In this document: piece by piece, positions 38,020 to 48,949 of the stretch | Position numbering within the stretch: the first letter of the stretch is position 1 | How the letters are laid out: each line of letters starts with the position of its first letter | Assembly (NCBI GenBank): GCA_022820485.1 | Contig: JAJEFJ010000031.1 | Location: 2,491-66,490, forward strand | Reading direction: 5' to 3' | Origin: Candidatus Latescibacterota bacterium | GTDB taxonomy: Bacteria; Latescibacterota; UBA2968; UBA8231 | DNA length: 64,000 nucleotides | Position numbers and translations under genes: made by a program | The notes under the pieces: model-generated | Database searches by the model: none | The model's input: only the letters and a program-made list of their open reading frames with translations | What the model was told of the DNA's origin: nothing

Positions 38020-38021
38020 AA

Positions 38022-38828
38022 ATGAGCCAATGGAATTTGCAGGGCGAAGTAGCAGTAGTCATCGGTGGCACCGGCGTATTGGGCGGAGCAATGGCCCAGG
38101 GATTGGCCGAGGCCGGAGCCTCCGTAGCGGTGTTGGGGCGGGACCACGACCGGGGAAATAAGCGAGTAGCGGCGATAGAGGCCGCAGGAGGCACAGGCGT
38201 TTTTGCCGCCTGCGACGCCACGGACAAAGCGTCGCTCAAGGACGCCCACGAAGCGGTCGTCGCGGCGTTGGGCCCTGTCAACGTGCTCCTCAACGCAGCC
38301 GGCGGCAATCAGCCGCAGGTGACCCTGAACGACGACTTAGACTTCGCCGCGATAGCAACCGACGATTGGCAGCGTTGTTTCGACTTGAACTTGGGGGCTG
38401 GTGCGCTGTTGCCCTGCCAAGAATTCGGCTCAGCCATGGCCGCACAAGGCCGGGGCAGCATCATCAACATCGCCTCGATCGCCGCCCACCTGCCGGTTTC
38501 GCGGGTGGTGGCGTACTCCGCGGCCAAAGCGGCCGTATTGAACCTAACGCAATTCCTCGCGCGGGAGTGGGCCGACAAAGGCGTGCGGGTCAACTCCATC
38601 ACCCCGGGCTTCTTCCCCGCCGAGCAAAACCGCCGCTTGCTCTTTGAAGACGACGGCACCCCAACCGAACGCGGCCAACAAATCCTCTCCCACACCCCCA
38701 TGGACCGCTTTGGCCGCCCCGAGGAGTTAGTCGGCGCAGCGGTATTTCTCGCATCGGACGCAGCCAGCGGCTTCGTCACCGGCACGGACATCCGCGTTGA
38801 CGGGGGGTTTTTGGCGACGACGATTTAA
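38022..38828 (+). CDS. SDR oxidoreductase (mannonate/gluconate dehydrogenase-like)
   Basis: GGTGVLG, NAAGGN, YSAAK, PGFFPAEQNR. Confidence 0.9.
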   Translation: MSQWNLQGEVAVVIGGTGVLGGAMAQGLAEAGASVAVLGRDHDRGNKRVAAIEAAGGTGVFAACDATDKASLKDAHEAVVAALGPVNVLLNAAGGNQPQVTLNDDLDFAAIATDDWQRCFDLNLGAGALLPCQEFGSAMAAQGRGSIINIASIAAHLPVSRVVAYSAAKAAVLNLTQFLAREWADKGVRVNSITPGFFPAEQNRRLLFEDDGTPTERGQQILSHTPMDRFGRPEELVGAAVFLASDAASGFVTGTDIRVDGGFLATTI

Positions 38829-38838
38829 GATAGCCCGC

Positions 38839-39219
38839 TCAATCGTCATTCGAAAATGGCGTCCCTTGATGGAATCTCAGCTTCCAACCACCAGACGACC
38901 GCGTCCAGATTGAACTCCTTCGTGCTTTCTCGATATTTTCGCCGTAGGTGATGATACTATTGTACGTTACCTGTGCGACTCCTTCAGCAAGAAGACGCGC
39001 ATCAAAGTCTGGAAGTGGAATCACCGCTTCTATGGGCGTTGAAGGTACCGAAAGCGTGTCGGCGCGCTGGTAGATACGCCCAGACCTGCCAAACTCGAAG
39101 AAGTCCTCGGCGATGACTTCCTCCATCCTCGATAAGTCGAAACGCGTTTCCGCCCGCCACAACTCTTCTTCTAGGCGCTGTAGGAGTTGCCGATCTTCGG
39201 CCGTAAGTTCAGTCTCCAT
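38839..39219 (-). CDS. DUF4440 / NTF2-like protein
   Basis: DFFEFGRSG, RSSIW, WKLRFHQGT. Confidence 0.85.
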   Translation of the reverse strand: METELTAEDRQLLQRLEEELWRAETRFDLSRMEEVIAEDFFEFGRSGRIYQRADTLSVPSTPIEAVIPLPDFDARLLAEGVAQVTYNSIITYGENIEKARRSSIWTRSSGGWKLRFHQGTPFSNDD

Positions 39220-39308
39220 TGATGGTTGTTCCTCCCTGTTTCTATTCGATCCAATCAGCACCTCATACGGCGTTATAGGCTGTGGGAAATCTCAGGATAG
39301 ATTCTCGA

Positions 39309-40604
39309 TCACGGGGGAATGAAGTCATGACCTTTACTGTTTTTGCGAAACTGGCGTTGTAGTATTTTCCACAAGGGGTTCATTCCTCGTGGCTTGAATT
39401 GCTCGGGATCTTTGCCCTGTTCGACAGCTTGCCAATAATGCCAACTCATCTTGTGACTCGATGCAATCTCATAATCTAACCCCGTCCATGACCCATCACC
39501 GCGAAAGGCGTAAAACGCCCAATGCCAACCTCGGCTGTTATAGATTTCTATTAGGTCGCTCAGGTAGGCCGCAGCGCCTGCGAGCCGGCGGTCGTACCAA
39601 AATTCTGAAGCTATGATTCGGTGAGAAGGTATCTCATATCGCTCAGCAAACCGCTGTACCGCGTTGACCTCCTCCGCAAGACGATCAATAGTCCACGACT
39701 CCACAGGACCATCCCACCACTTCGGAACTCGGTCTGGATAGGCGTACCGGTCCTTATTGACTCGATAAGTCACCATCTGCCACGGCCCAGGATTGTGAAA
39801 AGCGTATAACACTTTGTCATCATCTACAGGGCGATTGAAGCCGAACGCTTGAGGAGCGGCATAGAACCAGCCATCGAGCATGATGGGCGTATCTGCATCT
39901 ACTGAACGGATGGATTCGACCATCCGCTGGTTAAATCGGTTGAGGTCCGCTGGCGTATCCTGGATACTCTGAAACCATTGGCTGAAATTCTCGTCCCGTT
40001 CTTCAAAGCCGAATACCTTCTCTGGATGTGGTTCATTGAGAGGGTTGTAAGCTACGATTGCAGGATGCTTTTCCAAACGCCTTGCTAACTGACGCCAGAA
40101 ATTGAAGGCTTGTTTATGGTAGCTTTCGTCACGCCAGAGCCGGCCATCATCTTGGTTCTCATTCAACTGCTTCCAGCGTGCACCAGGCAAGCTGGCCATC
40201 GCAAGGACAACTTTGATACCATTGCTCTCGGCTTCATTGAGTGCTTCTATCAACAGGGCTAGATCGGTCTCATTGATTGCTGCGAAATTATCGGCGTTGC
40301 CGATTAGAAAGTCTCTATTATCGGCGGGCCATGCATCGGGTAAAATCCGAACATAATCCAGTCCCAGTTCACCTGCCGCCCTGTACCACTCAGGACGATG
40401 TCGCTCGTTCTGCTGATTAGCTCCCTTACGCTGCTTTTCCCAAAAGCCAATCTTGGGAGCATCGGACATAACGCCGCTGGTGAAGCACAAAATAGATATT
40501 ATTGAAACTATGTATCTATAAATACCCCGTTGCCGCCCTTCCTTATAACTGTTTCCGTTCCGAATAAGCATCTGTGCTCTATGGTTTCGTGTTCCTTCAA
40601 TCAT
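39309..40604 (-). CDS. Glycoside hydrolase family 5 (cellulase-like); start uncertain
   Basis: YNPLNEP (acid/base), YAFH, ASEF (nucleophile), WHWAFY; lower GC. Confidence 0.85.
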   Translation of the reverse strand: MIEGTRNHRAQMLIRNGNSYKEGRQRGIYRYIVSIISILCFTSGVMSDAPKIGFWEKQRKGANQQNERHRPEWYRAAGELGLDYVRILPDAWPADNRDFLIGNADNFAAINETDLALLIEALNEAESNGIKVVLAMASLPGARWKQLNENQDDGRLWRDESYHKQAFNFWRQLARRLEKHPAIVAYNPLNEPHPEKVFGFEERDENFSQWFQSIQDTPADLNRFNQRMVESIRSVDADTPIMLDGWFYAAPQAFGFNRPVDDDKVLYAFHNPGPWQMVTYRVNKDRYAYPDRVPKWWDGPVESWTIDRLAEEVNAVQRFAERYEIPSHRIIASEFWYDRRLAGAAAYLSDLIEIYNSRGWHWAFYAFRGDGSWTGLDYEIASSHKMSWHYWQAVEQGKDPEQFKPRGMNPLWKILQRQFRKNSKGHDFIPP

Positions 40605-40816
40605 GCTTTCTTCCTGCGAAATGCCAAAGCAGTTTCGTAGTGCTTGGTGATCGATCCTCCGTAGTTCTTGTTTATCAGGTCGGCGATACCATCAAATAGA
40701 TGCATGTGATTGAGTTCGGGCAGCGCGATGTGGTCAGAATAGGTGCCAATGAGTTTGATGTACTGTTTCGCCTCTATCCATTCCGCAAAGGTCCAAGACA
40801 TCCCTGACAAGATCAT
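40601..40816 (-). pseudogene. C-terminal fragment of a class I SAM methyltransferase
   Basis: YIKLIGTYSDHIAL...LFDGIADLINKNYGG resembles methyltransferase C-termini; no SAM-binding N-terminus. Confidence 0.55.
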
Positions 40817-40873
40817 CAGGGTCCGGGCCTCACTTCGTCATAGAGCAAGGCAACGGTATTGAAGTCACCGCGC

Positions 40874-42115
40874 CTACTTCCACAGCAACCGGAGGTAAAA
40901 CAGCGGATTCGTCAGCATCTTGCGCGGCACGGCGTCGGCCATCATGCCGCAGATCATGTCGCTGACCTCGGCATTTTTGGCGGCCTTGCGAATGACCAAG
41001 TTCATCAGGTAGGGCCAGCGGCCCAAATTGTGCAGCTTGGTGCTCAACTTCAGCTCGCTGCCCAGCGCATCCCACAGCCGATCCTCATAGCGCCGCAAAA
41101 AGCCAGCCGAATAATCCTCGGCCTCCCGAGCTTGAACTGCGGTCTCCACGGCAAAGCGGGCCGAGTATAGGGCATTGCCAATGCCCTCGCCCGTGAATGG
41201 GTCAATCAAACCGGCCGCGTCCCCCAAGAGCAAAAAGCCATTCCCGTGCGCCGGTCGCCGCCGCGAGCCAACCGGCAAATTCCAGCCGACCGGGTCTTCG
41301 AGGGGACGGGCGTCGCGGAAGCGCGCGCCAAAGGTCGTACTCGCCACCGCTGCTGCGAGCGCGTCCTTGAGGTCGATGCCGCGCGCCTTGATGTCTCGAT
41401 GATCCATGCCGATGCCGACATTGGCGCGGTCGCCCTCTAGGGGAAAAATCCAAAAATACCCAGGCCGCACCTCGTCTATAAAGTGCAATTCGATCTGATC
41501 GCTTAGGCCCGCCACGCCCTCGAAATACTGCCGCAGGGCCACCATCCAATCGCGGCCCTCGTGGCGGTACAACCCGCTCTTGCGGGCGACGATCGAGTTG
41601 AAGCCATCGCACCCCAACACCAAGGGCGCGCGAAATTCCAAGCACGTGCCGTCGGCTGTACGCCCCCGCACCCCACAGACCTGCCCGCCCGCCCTCAGCA
41701 GCTCGCGCACGGCAAAACCCTCTAAAGTGTGGGCGGCCGCAGCCCGCGCCTTGCCAAAGAGAAAGTCGTCGAAGACCTCGCGGCGGATGACAAACCCCTC
41801 CATCGGCAACACCCGACCAGTCAGGGTATTGCACAGATCGTAGCGGCTCAGGTCGATAGACGCAGCAGTCGCGTCTGGGCTGCCGAAGACAATGCGGGCA
41901 ACAGCCGCCCCAGGCAGGTCGCACACCTCCTCAAACAGCCCCAGTTCGTGGAGGATGGCTACCGTCTTGCCGGAGAGGGCGTCGCCGCAAATTTTGTCGC
42001 GGGGGAAACACTGCTTGTCCAGCAGCAGAGCCGCCAACCCGTGGCGTTGCGCATACATTGCGGCCGTGGCACCGGCCGGACCGCCGCCGACGATGATGAG
42101 GTCGTAAGTTTGCAC
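40874..42115 (-). CDS. Geranylgeranyl reductase-family flavoprotein
   Basis: GGGPAG, FPRDKICGD, GYFWIFP, GDAAGLIDPFTGEGI. Confidence 0.9.
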   Translation of the reverse strand: MQTYDLIIVGGGPAGATAAMYAQRHGLAALLLDKQCFPRDKICGDALSGKTVAILHELGLFEEVCDLPGAAVARIVFGSPDATAASIDLSRYDLCNTLTGRVLPMEGFVIRREVFDDFLFGKARAAAAHTLEGFAVRELLRAGGQVCGVRGRTADGTCLEFRAPLVLGCDGFNSIVARKSGLYRHEGRDWMVALRQYFEGVAGLSDQIELHFIDEVRPGYFWIFPLEGDRANVGIGMDHRDIKARGIDLKDALAAAVASTTFGARFRDARPLEDPVGWNLPVGSRRRPAHGNGFLLLGDAAGLIDPFTGEGIGNALYSARFAVETAVQAREAEDYSAGFLRRYEDRLWDALGSELKLSTKLHNLGRWPYLMNLVIRKAAKNAEVSDMICGMMADAVPRKMLTNPLFYLRLLWK

Positions 42116-42235
42116 GTGGCCAGAAAATAGCCCGTCCAGCCCTCGCTACAAGGGCGCGGGCCGAATTTGCTTTGTAGGTGATCTTCCTTACATTTTCGGT
42201 TTCGTCAACACAAGCACCAAAGGAGTTGCAACAAG

Positions 42236-44134
42236 ATGTCCGAAGATGCTCAAACCGAAGATCCACAGGTTGAAAAACGGGCTTTCCAAACCGAGGTCCA
42301 ACAGCTACTCCACCTGTTGGTTCACTCGCTGTACACCCAAAAAGAGATTTTCTTGCGCGAGCTGATTTCCAACGCCTCAGACGCCCTAGACAAAATCCAC
42401 CACCGCTCGCTGACCGACCGCAATATCCTCGACCCAGACGCCGAACTGGACATTGAGCTCGAGGTATCGAGCAGCAATAAGACCCTGACGATCCGCGACC
42501 GGGGGATCGGCATGACCCGCGACGAGGTCGAAAATAACATCGGCACCATCGCTCGCTCCGGCTCGGCCGAATTTGCCAAACAACTAGCCGATGCCGACGA
42601 TGAGGAAGAAAAGCTCAAACTGATCGGCCAATTCGGGGTGGGCTTCTATTCGGTCTTCATGGTCGCCGACCGAGTAGTGATCACCACGCGCGCGGCCGAC
42701 CCAGAAGCCGACGGCGTGCTGTGGGAATCCACCGGCGACGGAGCCTACACTCTATCCCACGCCGACAAAGCCGACCGCGGCACTGAGATCAAAATCTACA
42801 TCCGCTCGGACTGCGAGGAATTTCTCGACGCCCACCGGCTAGAGGCTATCATCCGCAAGCACTCGGATTTTGTCGCCTATCCCATCAAGGTCGCTGGCAA
42901 ACAAGTCAACGACACGGCCGCGCTGTGGACCCGACCGCGCAACGAAATCACCCCCGAACAGTACAACGAGTTTTACACGCACCTAACCGGCGATCCCGAG
43001 GAACCGCTCGCGCGCGAGCACATCGTCGTGGATGTGCCGATCCAATTTTACGCCGTGCTCTACATCCCCAAGCGCGCCCCAGTCCAATGGCTGCACACAG
43101 AGCCGACGATCTCGCTCAACCTGCACGTCGCGCGGGTCTTTATCCAAGACGACTGCAAGGAGCTTTTGCCGCTGTGGCTGCGCTTTGTGCGCGGCGTGGT
43201 TGACTGCGACGACTTGCCGCTCAATGTCTCGCGCGAAACCCTCCAGCAAAACCCCATCATCGGCAAAATCCGCGCTACCTTGGTGCGGCGCATCATCGGC
43301 ATGTTAGAGGGCATGGCGAAGAAGGACGAAGAACAGTACATGACCTTTTGGCACGCCTGCGGCACCATCCTCAAAGAAGGCGTGGCCACCGATGCCGCAC
43401 ACCAAGCCCAACTCGCCAAGCTCCTGCGCTACCGCTCCTCGCTGACCGACGATGACACGCCCTACATCTCGTTGCAGACCTACGTCGATCGGATGCAGAG
43501 CGAGCAGGACAAGATCTACTACCTCGCCGGCGAGAGCAAAGAGGCCATCGCCCAAAGCCCCCTCTTGGAAACCTTCCGCAAGCGCGGCCTAGAGGTGCTC
43601 TACTTCGACGAACCGGTCGATGAATGGGTCGTCCAAGGACTGCAAAAGTTCGCCGACAAAGAATTCGTGGGCGTGGATGCGGCAGAGTTAGACTTGGAAG
43701 AGGACGCAGTCGAGTTAGAAGGGGTCGATGAGCAGAAGGCCGAGACCATTGAGCTGATTTCCTTTCTCAAGAACAAGCTCGCCGGCCGAGTCGAAGACGT
43801 GGTCGAGTCCAAACGGCTGACCGACAGCCCTTGCTTACTAGTCGCCAGTCAAGGCGGCTTGAGCCGCAACATGGAGCGGCTGATGAAAATGACCGACCAG
43901 GAGTTCAAAGGCTCGCTGCGCACGCTAGAAATCAATCGCCAACACCCCATCATCCGCAACATGGCCGCGGTGCTCAAGCGCGACCGCGACTCCGAGCAAT
44001 TGGAAAGCTGGGCGCATTTTCTAGTTGATTTCGTCTTGCTAGGCGAGGGCACGATCGAGGATCCACAGCGGCTGAGCCAGAGCTTGCAGTCCATCATGGG
44101 CGCGGCCACAGAGCACGCGACCGAGGAGAGTTAG
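42236..44134 (+). CDS. htpG: Chaperone HtpG (Hsp90)
   Basis: EIFLRELISNASDA, IGQFGVGFYS, LPLNVSRE. Confidence 0.97.
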   Translation: MSEDAQTEDPQVEKRAFQTEVQQLLHLLVHSLYTQKEIFLRELISNASDALDKIHHRSLTDRNILDPDAELDIELEVSSSNKTLTIRDRGIGMTRDEVENNIGTIARSGSAEFAKQLADADDEEEKLKLIGQFGVGFYSVFMVADRVVITTRAADPEADGVLWESTGDGAYTLSHADKADRGTEIKIYIRSDCEEFLDAHRLEAIIRKHSDFVAYPIKVAGKQVNDTAALWTRPRNEITPEQYNEFYTHLTGDPEEPLAREHIVVDVPIQFYAVLYIPKRAPVQWLHTEPTISLNLHVARVFIQDDCKELLPLWLRFVRGVVDCDDLPLNVSRETLQQNPIIGKIRATLVRRIIGMLEGMAKKDEEQYMTFWHACGTILKEGVATDAAHQAQLAKLLRYRSSLTDDDTPYISLQTYVDRMQSEQDKIYYLAGESKEAIAQSPLLETFRKRGLEVLYFDEPVDEWVVQGLQKFADKEFVGVDAAELDLEEDAVELEGVDEQKAETIELISFLKNKLAGRVEDVVESKRLTDSPCLLVASQGGLSRNMERLMKMTDQEFKGSLRTLEINRQHPIIRNMAAVLKRDRDSEQLESWAHFLVDFVLLGEGTIEDPQRLSQSLQSIMGAATEHATEES

Positions 44135-44136
44135 AC

Positions 44137-45450
44137 ATGTCCGATCAAGTGCGCCAACAAGCCCTAGCGGCCCGCGCCGCATCGCGCGTCCTCGCCGCGA
44201 CCTCCGCAACGGTGCGCAACCAAGCCCTCGAAGCCATTGCCACAGATCTCGAAGCCAATCGCGAGCGCATCTTGGCGGCCAACGCCGAAGACCTAAAAGC
44301 CGGCGAGCAAGACGGGCTGGCCTCGCCTTTGCTCAAGCGACTCGATCTGAGTGGAAGCAAGTTCGCCAGCACGGTGGAGATGGTGCGTGAGGTCTGTGCC
44401 CAGCCCGATCCCCTCGGCCAGACCCAGAGCGCGACCGAGCTAGACGACCAACTCCACCTCTACCGAGTGACCGTGCCCATCGGCGTGATCGGCGTGATCT
44501 TTGAATCCCGGCCCGACGCCTTGGTGCAGATCGCCTCCCTGTGTCTCAAGTCCGGCAATGCCGCCCTGCTCAAGGGCGGACGCGAGGCCACCGTAACCAA
44601 TCAGACCCTCGCCGAGATAATGTGCCAAGCCACGCATGGCATCCTACCAGAGGGGTGGATGACGCTCCTGCCCGGCCGCGAGGAAGTCCGCGCCCTGCTC
44701 GGCGAGGAAGAACTGATCGACCTCATCATCCCGCGCGGCAGCAACGAGTTTGTGCAATACATCATGCACAACACCAAGATCCCGGTCATGGGCCACGCCG
44801 ACGGAATCTGCCACGTGTACGTCGATGCCAGCGCGGATCTGGACAAGGCCGTGCAAATCGCCGTCGATGCCAAGACCCAATACGTGGCCGTGTGCAACGC
44901 AGCCGAGACCCTGCTCGTCCACAGTGGCATTGCCCCGGCTTTTTTGTCGCGGGCCGTACCGGCACTGATCGCAAGGAACGTGGAGTTGCGCGGCGACGAG
45001 CGCGCCCTCGCCCTTGCCAACGCCAACGGGCAAGTCAAACCAGCCACTGAATCCGACTGGTCCACCGAATACTTGGACTTGATGCTAGCGGTAAAAGTCG
45101 TCGATAGCACGGCCGAGGCCATCGAACACATCAACGCATACGGTAGCCATCACACCGACGCGATCGTGACCGAGGACTTGGAGGCTGCGCACACCTTTTT
45201 GCGCGAGGTGGATTCAGCCTCGGTGATTCACAACGCCTCGACGCGCTTTGCCGATGGCTTCAAATACGGGCTAGGGGCTGAGGTCGGCATCAGCACCAAC
45301 CGCCTGCACAGCCGCGGCCCGGTAGGCCTAGAGGGCCTCGTCATCTACAAGTACATTCTCCAAGGGGACGGCCACATCGTCGATATGTACGATGGCCAAC
45401 AGCAGCGCCCCTTCATCCATCGCCCCCTCGACCAACACTGGCAGGCCTAA
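44137..45450 (+). CDS. proA: Glutamate-5-semialdehyde dehydrogenase
   Basis: [29 protein letters not shown]. Confidence 0.96.
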   Translation: MSDQVRQQALAARAASRVLAATSATVRNQALEAIATDLEANRERILAANAEDLKAGEQDGLASPLLKRLDLSGSKFASTVEMVREVCAQPDPLGQTQSATELDDQLHLYRVTVPIGVIGVIFESRPDALVQIASLCLKSGNAALLKGGREATVTNQTLAEIMCQATHGILPEGWMTLLPGREEVRALLGEEELIDLIIPRGSNEFVQYIMHNTKIPVMGHADGICHVYVDASADLDKAVQIAVDAKTQYVAVCNAAETLLVHSGIAPAFLSRAVPALIARNVELRGDERALALANANGQVKPATESDWSTEYLDLMLAVKVVDSTAEAIEHINAYGSHHTDAIVTEDLEAAHTFLREVDSASVIHNASTRFADGFKYGLGAEVGISTNRLHSRGPVGLEGLVIYKYILQGDGHIVDMYDGQQQRPFIHRPLDQHWQA

Positions 45451-45451
45451 C

Positions 45452-45808
45452 ATGAGCGAGCACACCACAGATCCGACTTACACTCCGGTAGAGCGCCACA
45501 TCTTTCTCTGCGCCACGCCCACCAAGCCCAAGTGCCACAGCGACGGCACCGGGGCCGAGTGCTGGGAGTACCTGAAAAAGCGCTTGTCCGAATTGGGCTA
45601 CGGCCATCCGGGCAAGGGCGGCATCCACCGCACCAAGGCCGACTGCCTGCGCGTCTGCGAGGTCGGGCCGACGGTTGTGGTATATCCCGAGGGCGTCTGG
45701 TACCACTCCATGACCGTCGAGAAGCTGGAGCGCATCATCCAAGAGCACTTAATCGGCGGACAAGTCGTAGAAGACTTGGTCAATCGGGAACCGTTCCGCA
45801 GCCTATAG
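45452..45808 (+). CDS. Thioredoxin-like [2Fe-2S] ferredoxin
   Basis: HIFLC...C...CLRVC..GP...YPEGVWY...EHLIGG. Confidence 0.9.
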   Translation: MSEHTTDPTYTPVERHIFLCATPTKPKCHSDGTGAECWEYLKKRLSELGYGHPGKGGIHRTKADCLRVCEVGPTVVVYPEGVWYHSMTVEKLERIIQEHLIGGQVVEDLVNREPFRSL

Positions 45809-45827
45809 TAGCCGGCCGCAAAAGCGC

Positions 45828-47009
45828 ATGGCGAAATCCAAATCCAAACACATCGACCTCGAGATCAAGGACGCCAGCCTGATCTTCGACCGCGTCTGGA
45901 GCGACCTAGAGCAAGAATTCGGTCGCGCCGAGCTCTGCTTCCCCGGAGAAATCATCTGGCTCGGCGGCGCGCCCGGCGCTGGCAAGGGCACCAATACCCC
46001 CTTCATCCTCGAAGCGCGGGGCATTACAGCAGCGGCCATCGTGATCAGCGACTTGCTCGACAGCCCCCGCGCCCAACAGATCAAGGACGCCGGCGGCTTG
46101 GTCGGCGACGAGGAGGTCACCTACCTGCTCTTGCACAAGCTGCTCGACCCAATCTACCAGCGCGGCGTGATCGTCGATGGCTTCCCGCGCACCCAAGTGC
46201 AGGTCGAGTGCCTCAAGCTGTTCTACGACAAGATGACCGAATTGCGCGAGGAATTCCGCAATCACAACTTCCCGCGCCCCCTCTTCCGCACTGTGTTGCT
46301 CTTCGTCGATGAAGAAGTCAGCGTCGCGCGCCAACTCCACCGCGGCCGGGAGGCCCAAGAGCATAACCGCAAGGCCACGGAGTCAAGCGTTGGCCAGCTC
46401 GCCGAGATCCGCGCCACCGACCTCGACCCAGCGGCCGCGCGCAAGCGCTACCAAGTTTTCAAGGAGACGACCTTTGAGGCATTGCGCTCGCTGCGCGCTA
46501 TTTTCCACTTTCGCTTCATCGACGCCAGCCAGCCGCTCGCCAAAGTGCAACAGGAGATTGAGGAGGAGTTTTCCTACCAGAGTTCGCTAGAGCTTTCGCA
46601 CAAGACCTTCGACCGCGTCCGCACCATCACGCCGGCCAGCCGCCTCGTGCTCTACGCCCGCCAAGAACTGGTCAAGCGGCTGGAGATCTACAACGAGGAT
46701 CATCCCGAGCTGTTCCAGCGGGTCATCGACAAAGTCAACTCCAAGTTCATGCCCATTGTCACCCGCTATGCCATTACCGGCATGACGCTGGTCAACTCCG
46801 AGGATTCGCTCTTTGACAATCCTTTGGCCTTAGCCATGCTAATCGACGTCTTTTCCGAGCGCGGCTATCAGGCCCTCGTCGATGTCGAAACCATTGAGGC
46901 CCCCCACCGCATCGATCCCAACACGCACGAAATCATCTGCCGACAAAAGCGCGTCTATCGCTTTCAGATCCGCTTTGCGGCCTTGGCCATCCGGCACGGG
47001 ACCGACTAG
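45828..47009 (+). CDS. Adenylate/NMP kinase with long C-terminal extension
   Basis: GGAPGAGKGT P-loop, GGLVGD, VDGFPRT. Confidence 0.85.
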   Translation: MAKSKSKHIDLEIKDASLIFDRVWSDLEQEFGRAELCFPGEIIWLGGAPGAGKGTNTPFILEARGITAAAIVISDLLDSPRAQQIKDAGGLVGDEEVTYLLLHKLLDPIYQRGVIVDGFPRTQVQVECLKLFYDKMTELREEFRNHNFPRPLFRTVLLFVDEEVSVARQLHRGREAQEHNRKATESSVGQLAEIRATDLDPAAARKRYQVFKETTFEALRSLRAIFHFRFIDASQPLAKVQQEIEEEFSYQSSLELSHKTFDRVRTITPASRLVLYARQELVKRLEIYNEDHPELFQRVIDKVNSKFMPIVTRYAITGMTLVNSEDSLFDNPLALAMLIDVFSERGYQALVDVETIEAPHRIDPNTHEIICRQKRVYRFQIRFAALAIRHGTD

Positions 47010-48028
47010 CCCGGCCCGATCTGCCCCTCTTTTAGCATGGTAATCAGAGCCGAGTCCTCCACGTCGAGGGGGAGCAACACCCGGCTGCGGCGGCGGCTCG
47101 ACTCATAGGTGGCAAAAATCAGTTCGGTCGCTTGCAGTGCCCTACGCGCCGACAAGCGCGGCTCCACACCGCTTTCGAGACAGGCGATCAGGTCGAGCAC
47201 CGACAGCACAGTGTCGTCACCCGGCGGCTCGCCATCGGCGATCTCTTCATCCGCAAAGTCCTGCCACGCCGCACCCGCGCGCAACAGCCGCAGCGGTGCC
47301 CGCTCCGCGCCGCCGACTTCGATAATGCCCTCGCTGCCGATGAGCCGGTTGCGCGGGCCTTGCACGTGCGCGGCTCCTGTGCCGAGCAAACCCTCGACGC
47401 CATTTTGCCAGCGGATCCACGCCAGACCGCTGGTATCTAGGGGCACGCCAAACACCGAGCTCTCGGATTCGACGGCGATCTGGCCCATGACCCATTCGGC
47501 GGGCACTTCGTCGTTGTAAAAAAAGAACATGTCAAACCAATGCGTGCCCCAATCAAACAGGTTGGAGCACGCGCCTTCGAGCCGCTGGAGCGCGCCTATG
47601 GCCCCTTCGTCGAGCAATTGCTTGGCCTTGACAAACACAGCACCAAAGCGGCGTTGGTGGCAGAAGGTGAGGAGCACGTCGCGGTCGGCACAGGCCCGAG
47701 CCAGCGCCTTGGCATCCCCCCATGTGCTGGCCATGGGCTTTTCGCAATGGATGGCTTTGACGCCGGCCGCGGCCGCGGCTTCGACCATCTCGCGGTGCAG
47801 GCCGGTCCACGTGCAGATGCTCACTACATCGAGGGCTTCGCTTTCTAACATGGCGCGGTAATCTTCGTACGGGGACGCCACGGCAAAGTCCTCGGCAAAG
47901 GACGCGCGGGACGCTTCCACTGGATCGGCGCAGGCTGCGATTGCGACTTGGGCGGAGGCTTGGTAGCCCTCGGCGTGGCGACGACCGCGATTGCCGCAGC
48001 CGATCACGCCGACTTTGTACTGAGTCAT
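47006..48028 (-). CDS. Gfo/Idh/MocA oxidoreductase
   Basis: GCGNRG, CEKPM, DWGTHWFD. Confidence 0.9.
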   Translation of the reverse strand: MTQYKVGVIGCGNRGRRHAEGYQASAQVAIAACADPVEASRASFAEDFAVASPYEDYRAMLESEALDVVSICTWTGLHREMVEAAAAAGVKAIHCEKPMASTWGDAKALARACADRDVLLTFCHQRRFGAVFVKAKQLLDEGAIGALQRLEGACSNLFDWGTHWFDMFFFYNDEVPAEWVMGQIAVESESSVFGVPLDTSGLAWIRWQNGVEGLLGTGAAHVQGPRNRLIGSEGIIEVGGAERAPLRLLRAGAAWQDFADEEIADGEPPGDDTVLSVLDLIACLESGVEPRLSARRALQATELIFATYESSRRRSRVLLPLDVEDSALITMLKEGQIGPG

Positions 48029-48113
48029 CTTGTGCTCCCTATGAGTTTGCGTAAAATTGCGCGTTGTAAAATAGAGATTACTTCGTCTCGCCAAAACTCA
48101 ACAGGAGAACGCC

Positions 48114-48944
48114 ATGCCCATCACCGACGCCCTCCCCGACATGGAGCGCGAACTCAAATTTTTCAGCGCGACCAACGACAACCCGCAAAGGCTCACCCGC
48201 GCCCAGATCCGCCAGTTCAACGAACAGGGCTACATCTGTCCCTTGGACGTGTTCACGCCCGAGGAAGCCGCAGCCAATCGCCGCTATTTCGACGCGCTCA
48301 TGGCCGAGGCCAAGGCCCACGGACACAACAGCTATTCGATCAACGGCTGGCATCGCCACTGCCGGGGCATCTACGACCTGTTGCACGAACCGCGCATTCT
48401 CGATTACGTCGAAGACCTCCTCGGCCCCAACCTCGTCAGCGTCATGACCCACTACTTTTGCAAGGAGCCGGGCGAACAAAAACAAGTCGTCTGGCACCAA
48501 GACGCCTCGTACTGGCCGCTAACCCCGAGCAAGGTAGTGACCGCTTGGCTGGCCATCGACGATGTATATGAAGAAAACGGGCCGATGACCGTCGTCCCCG
48601 GCTCGCATTTGCAAGGCCAGATTCCCTTTGAGCACAGCACCGCCGAGGAGCAAAACGTCTTGGGTCAGAGCGTGCACGATCCACTCCAATGGGGCGGCGA
48701 GCCAGTGGCCTTTACCATGCGCGCCGGCCAGATGTCCCTGCACACCGACCTGCTCTTGCACGGCTCGGCCCCCAACCGCTCCACGCGCCGCCGCTGCGGC
48801 CTGACGCTGCGCTACATGCCGCCCGAGGTGCGCACCCGCGAGGAGAAGCGCGCCCACGGCTATATCTGCCGCGGTACCGACCCGAGCGGCTACTGGATCA
48901 ACCACCCCGTGCCGACCGGCGACGAGACGCCCTCCAAAGGCTAG
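48114..48944 (+). CDS. PhyH-family Fe(II)/2-oxoglutarate dioxygenase
   Basis: WHQDASYW, VPGSH, LHGSAPN..RRCG. Confidence 0.9.
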   Translation: MPITDALPDMERELKFFSATNDNPQRLTRAQIRQFNEQGYICPLDVFTPEEAAANRRYFDALMAEAKAHGHNSYSINGWHRHCRGIYDLLHEPRILDYVEDLLGPNLVSVMTHYFCKEPGEQKQVVWHQDASYWPLTPSKVVTAWLAIDDVYEENGPMTVVPGSHLQGQIPFEHSTAEEQNVLGQSVHDPLQWGGEPVAFTMRAGQMSLHTDLLLHGSAPNRSTRRRCGLTLRYMPPEVRTREEKRAHGYICRGTDPSGYWINHPVPTGDETPSKG

Positions 48945-48949
48945 CTACC

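Noticed and set aside
48114-48944. Possible SyrB2-type halogenase
   Set aside because: It retains HQD; halogenases replace the Asp with Ala or Gly.
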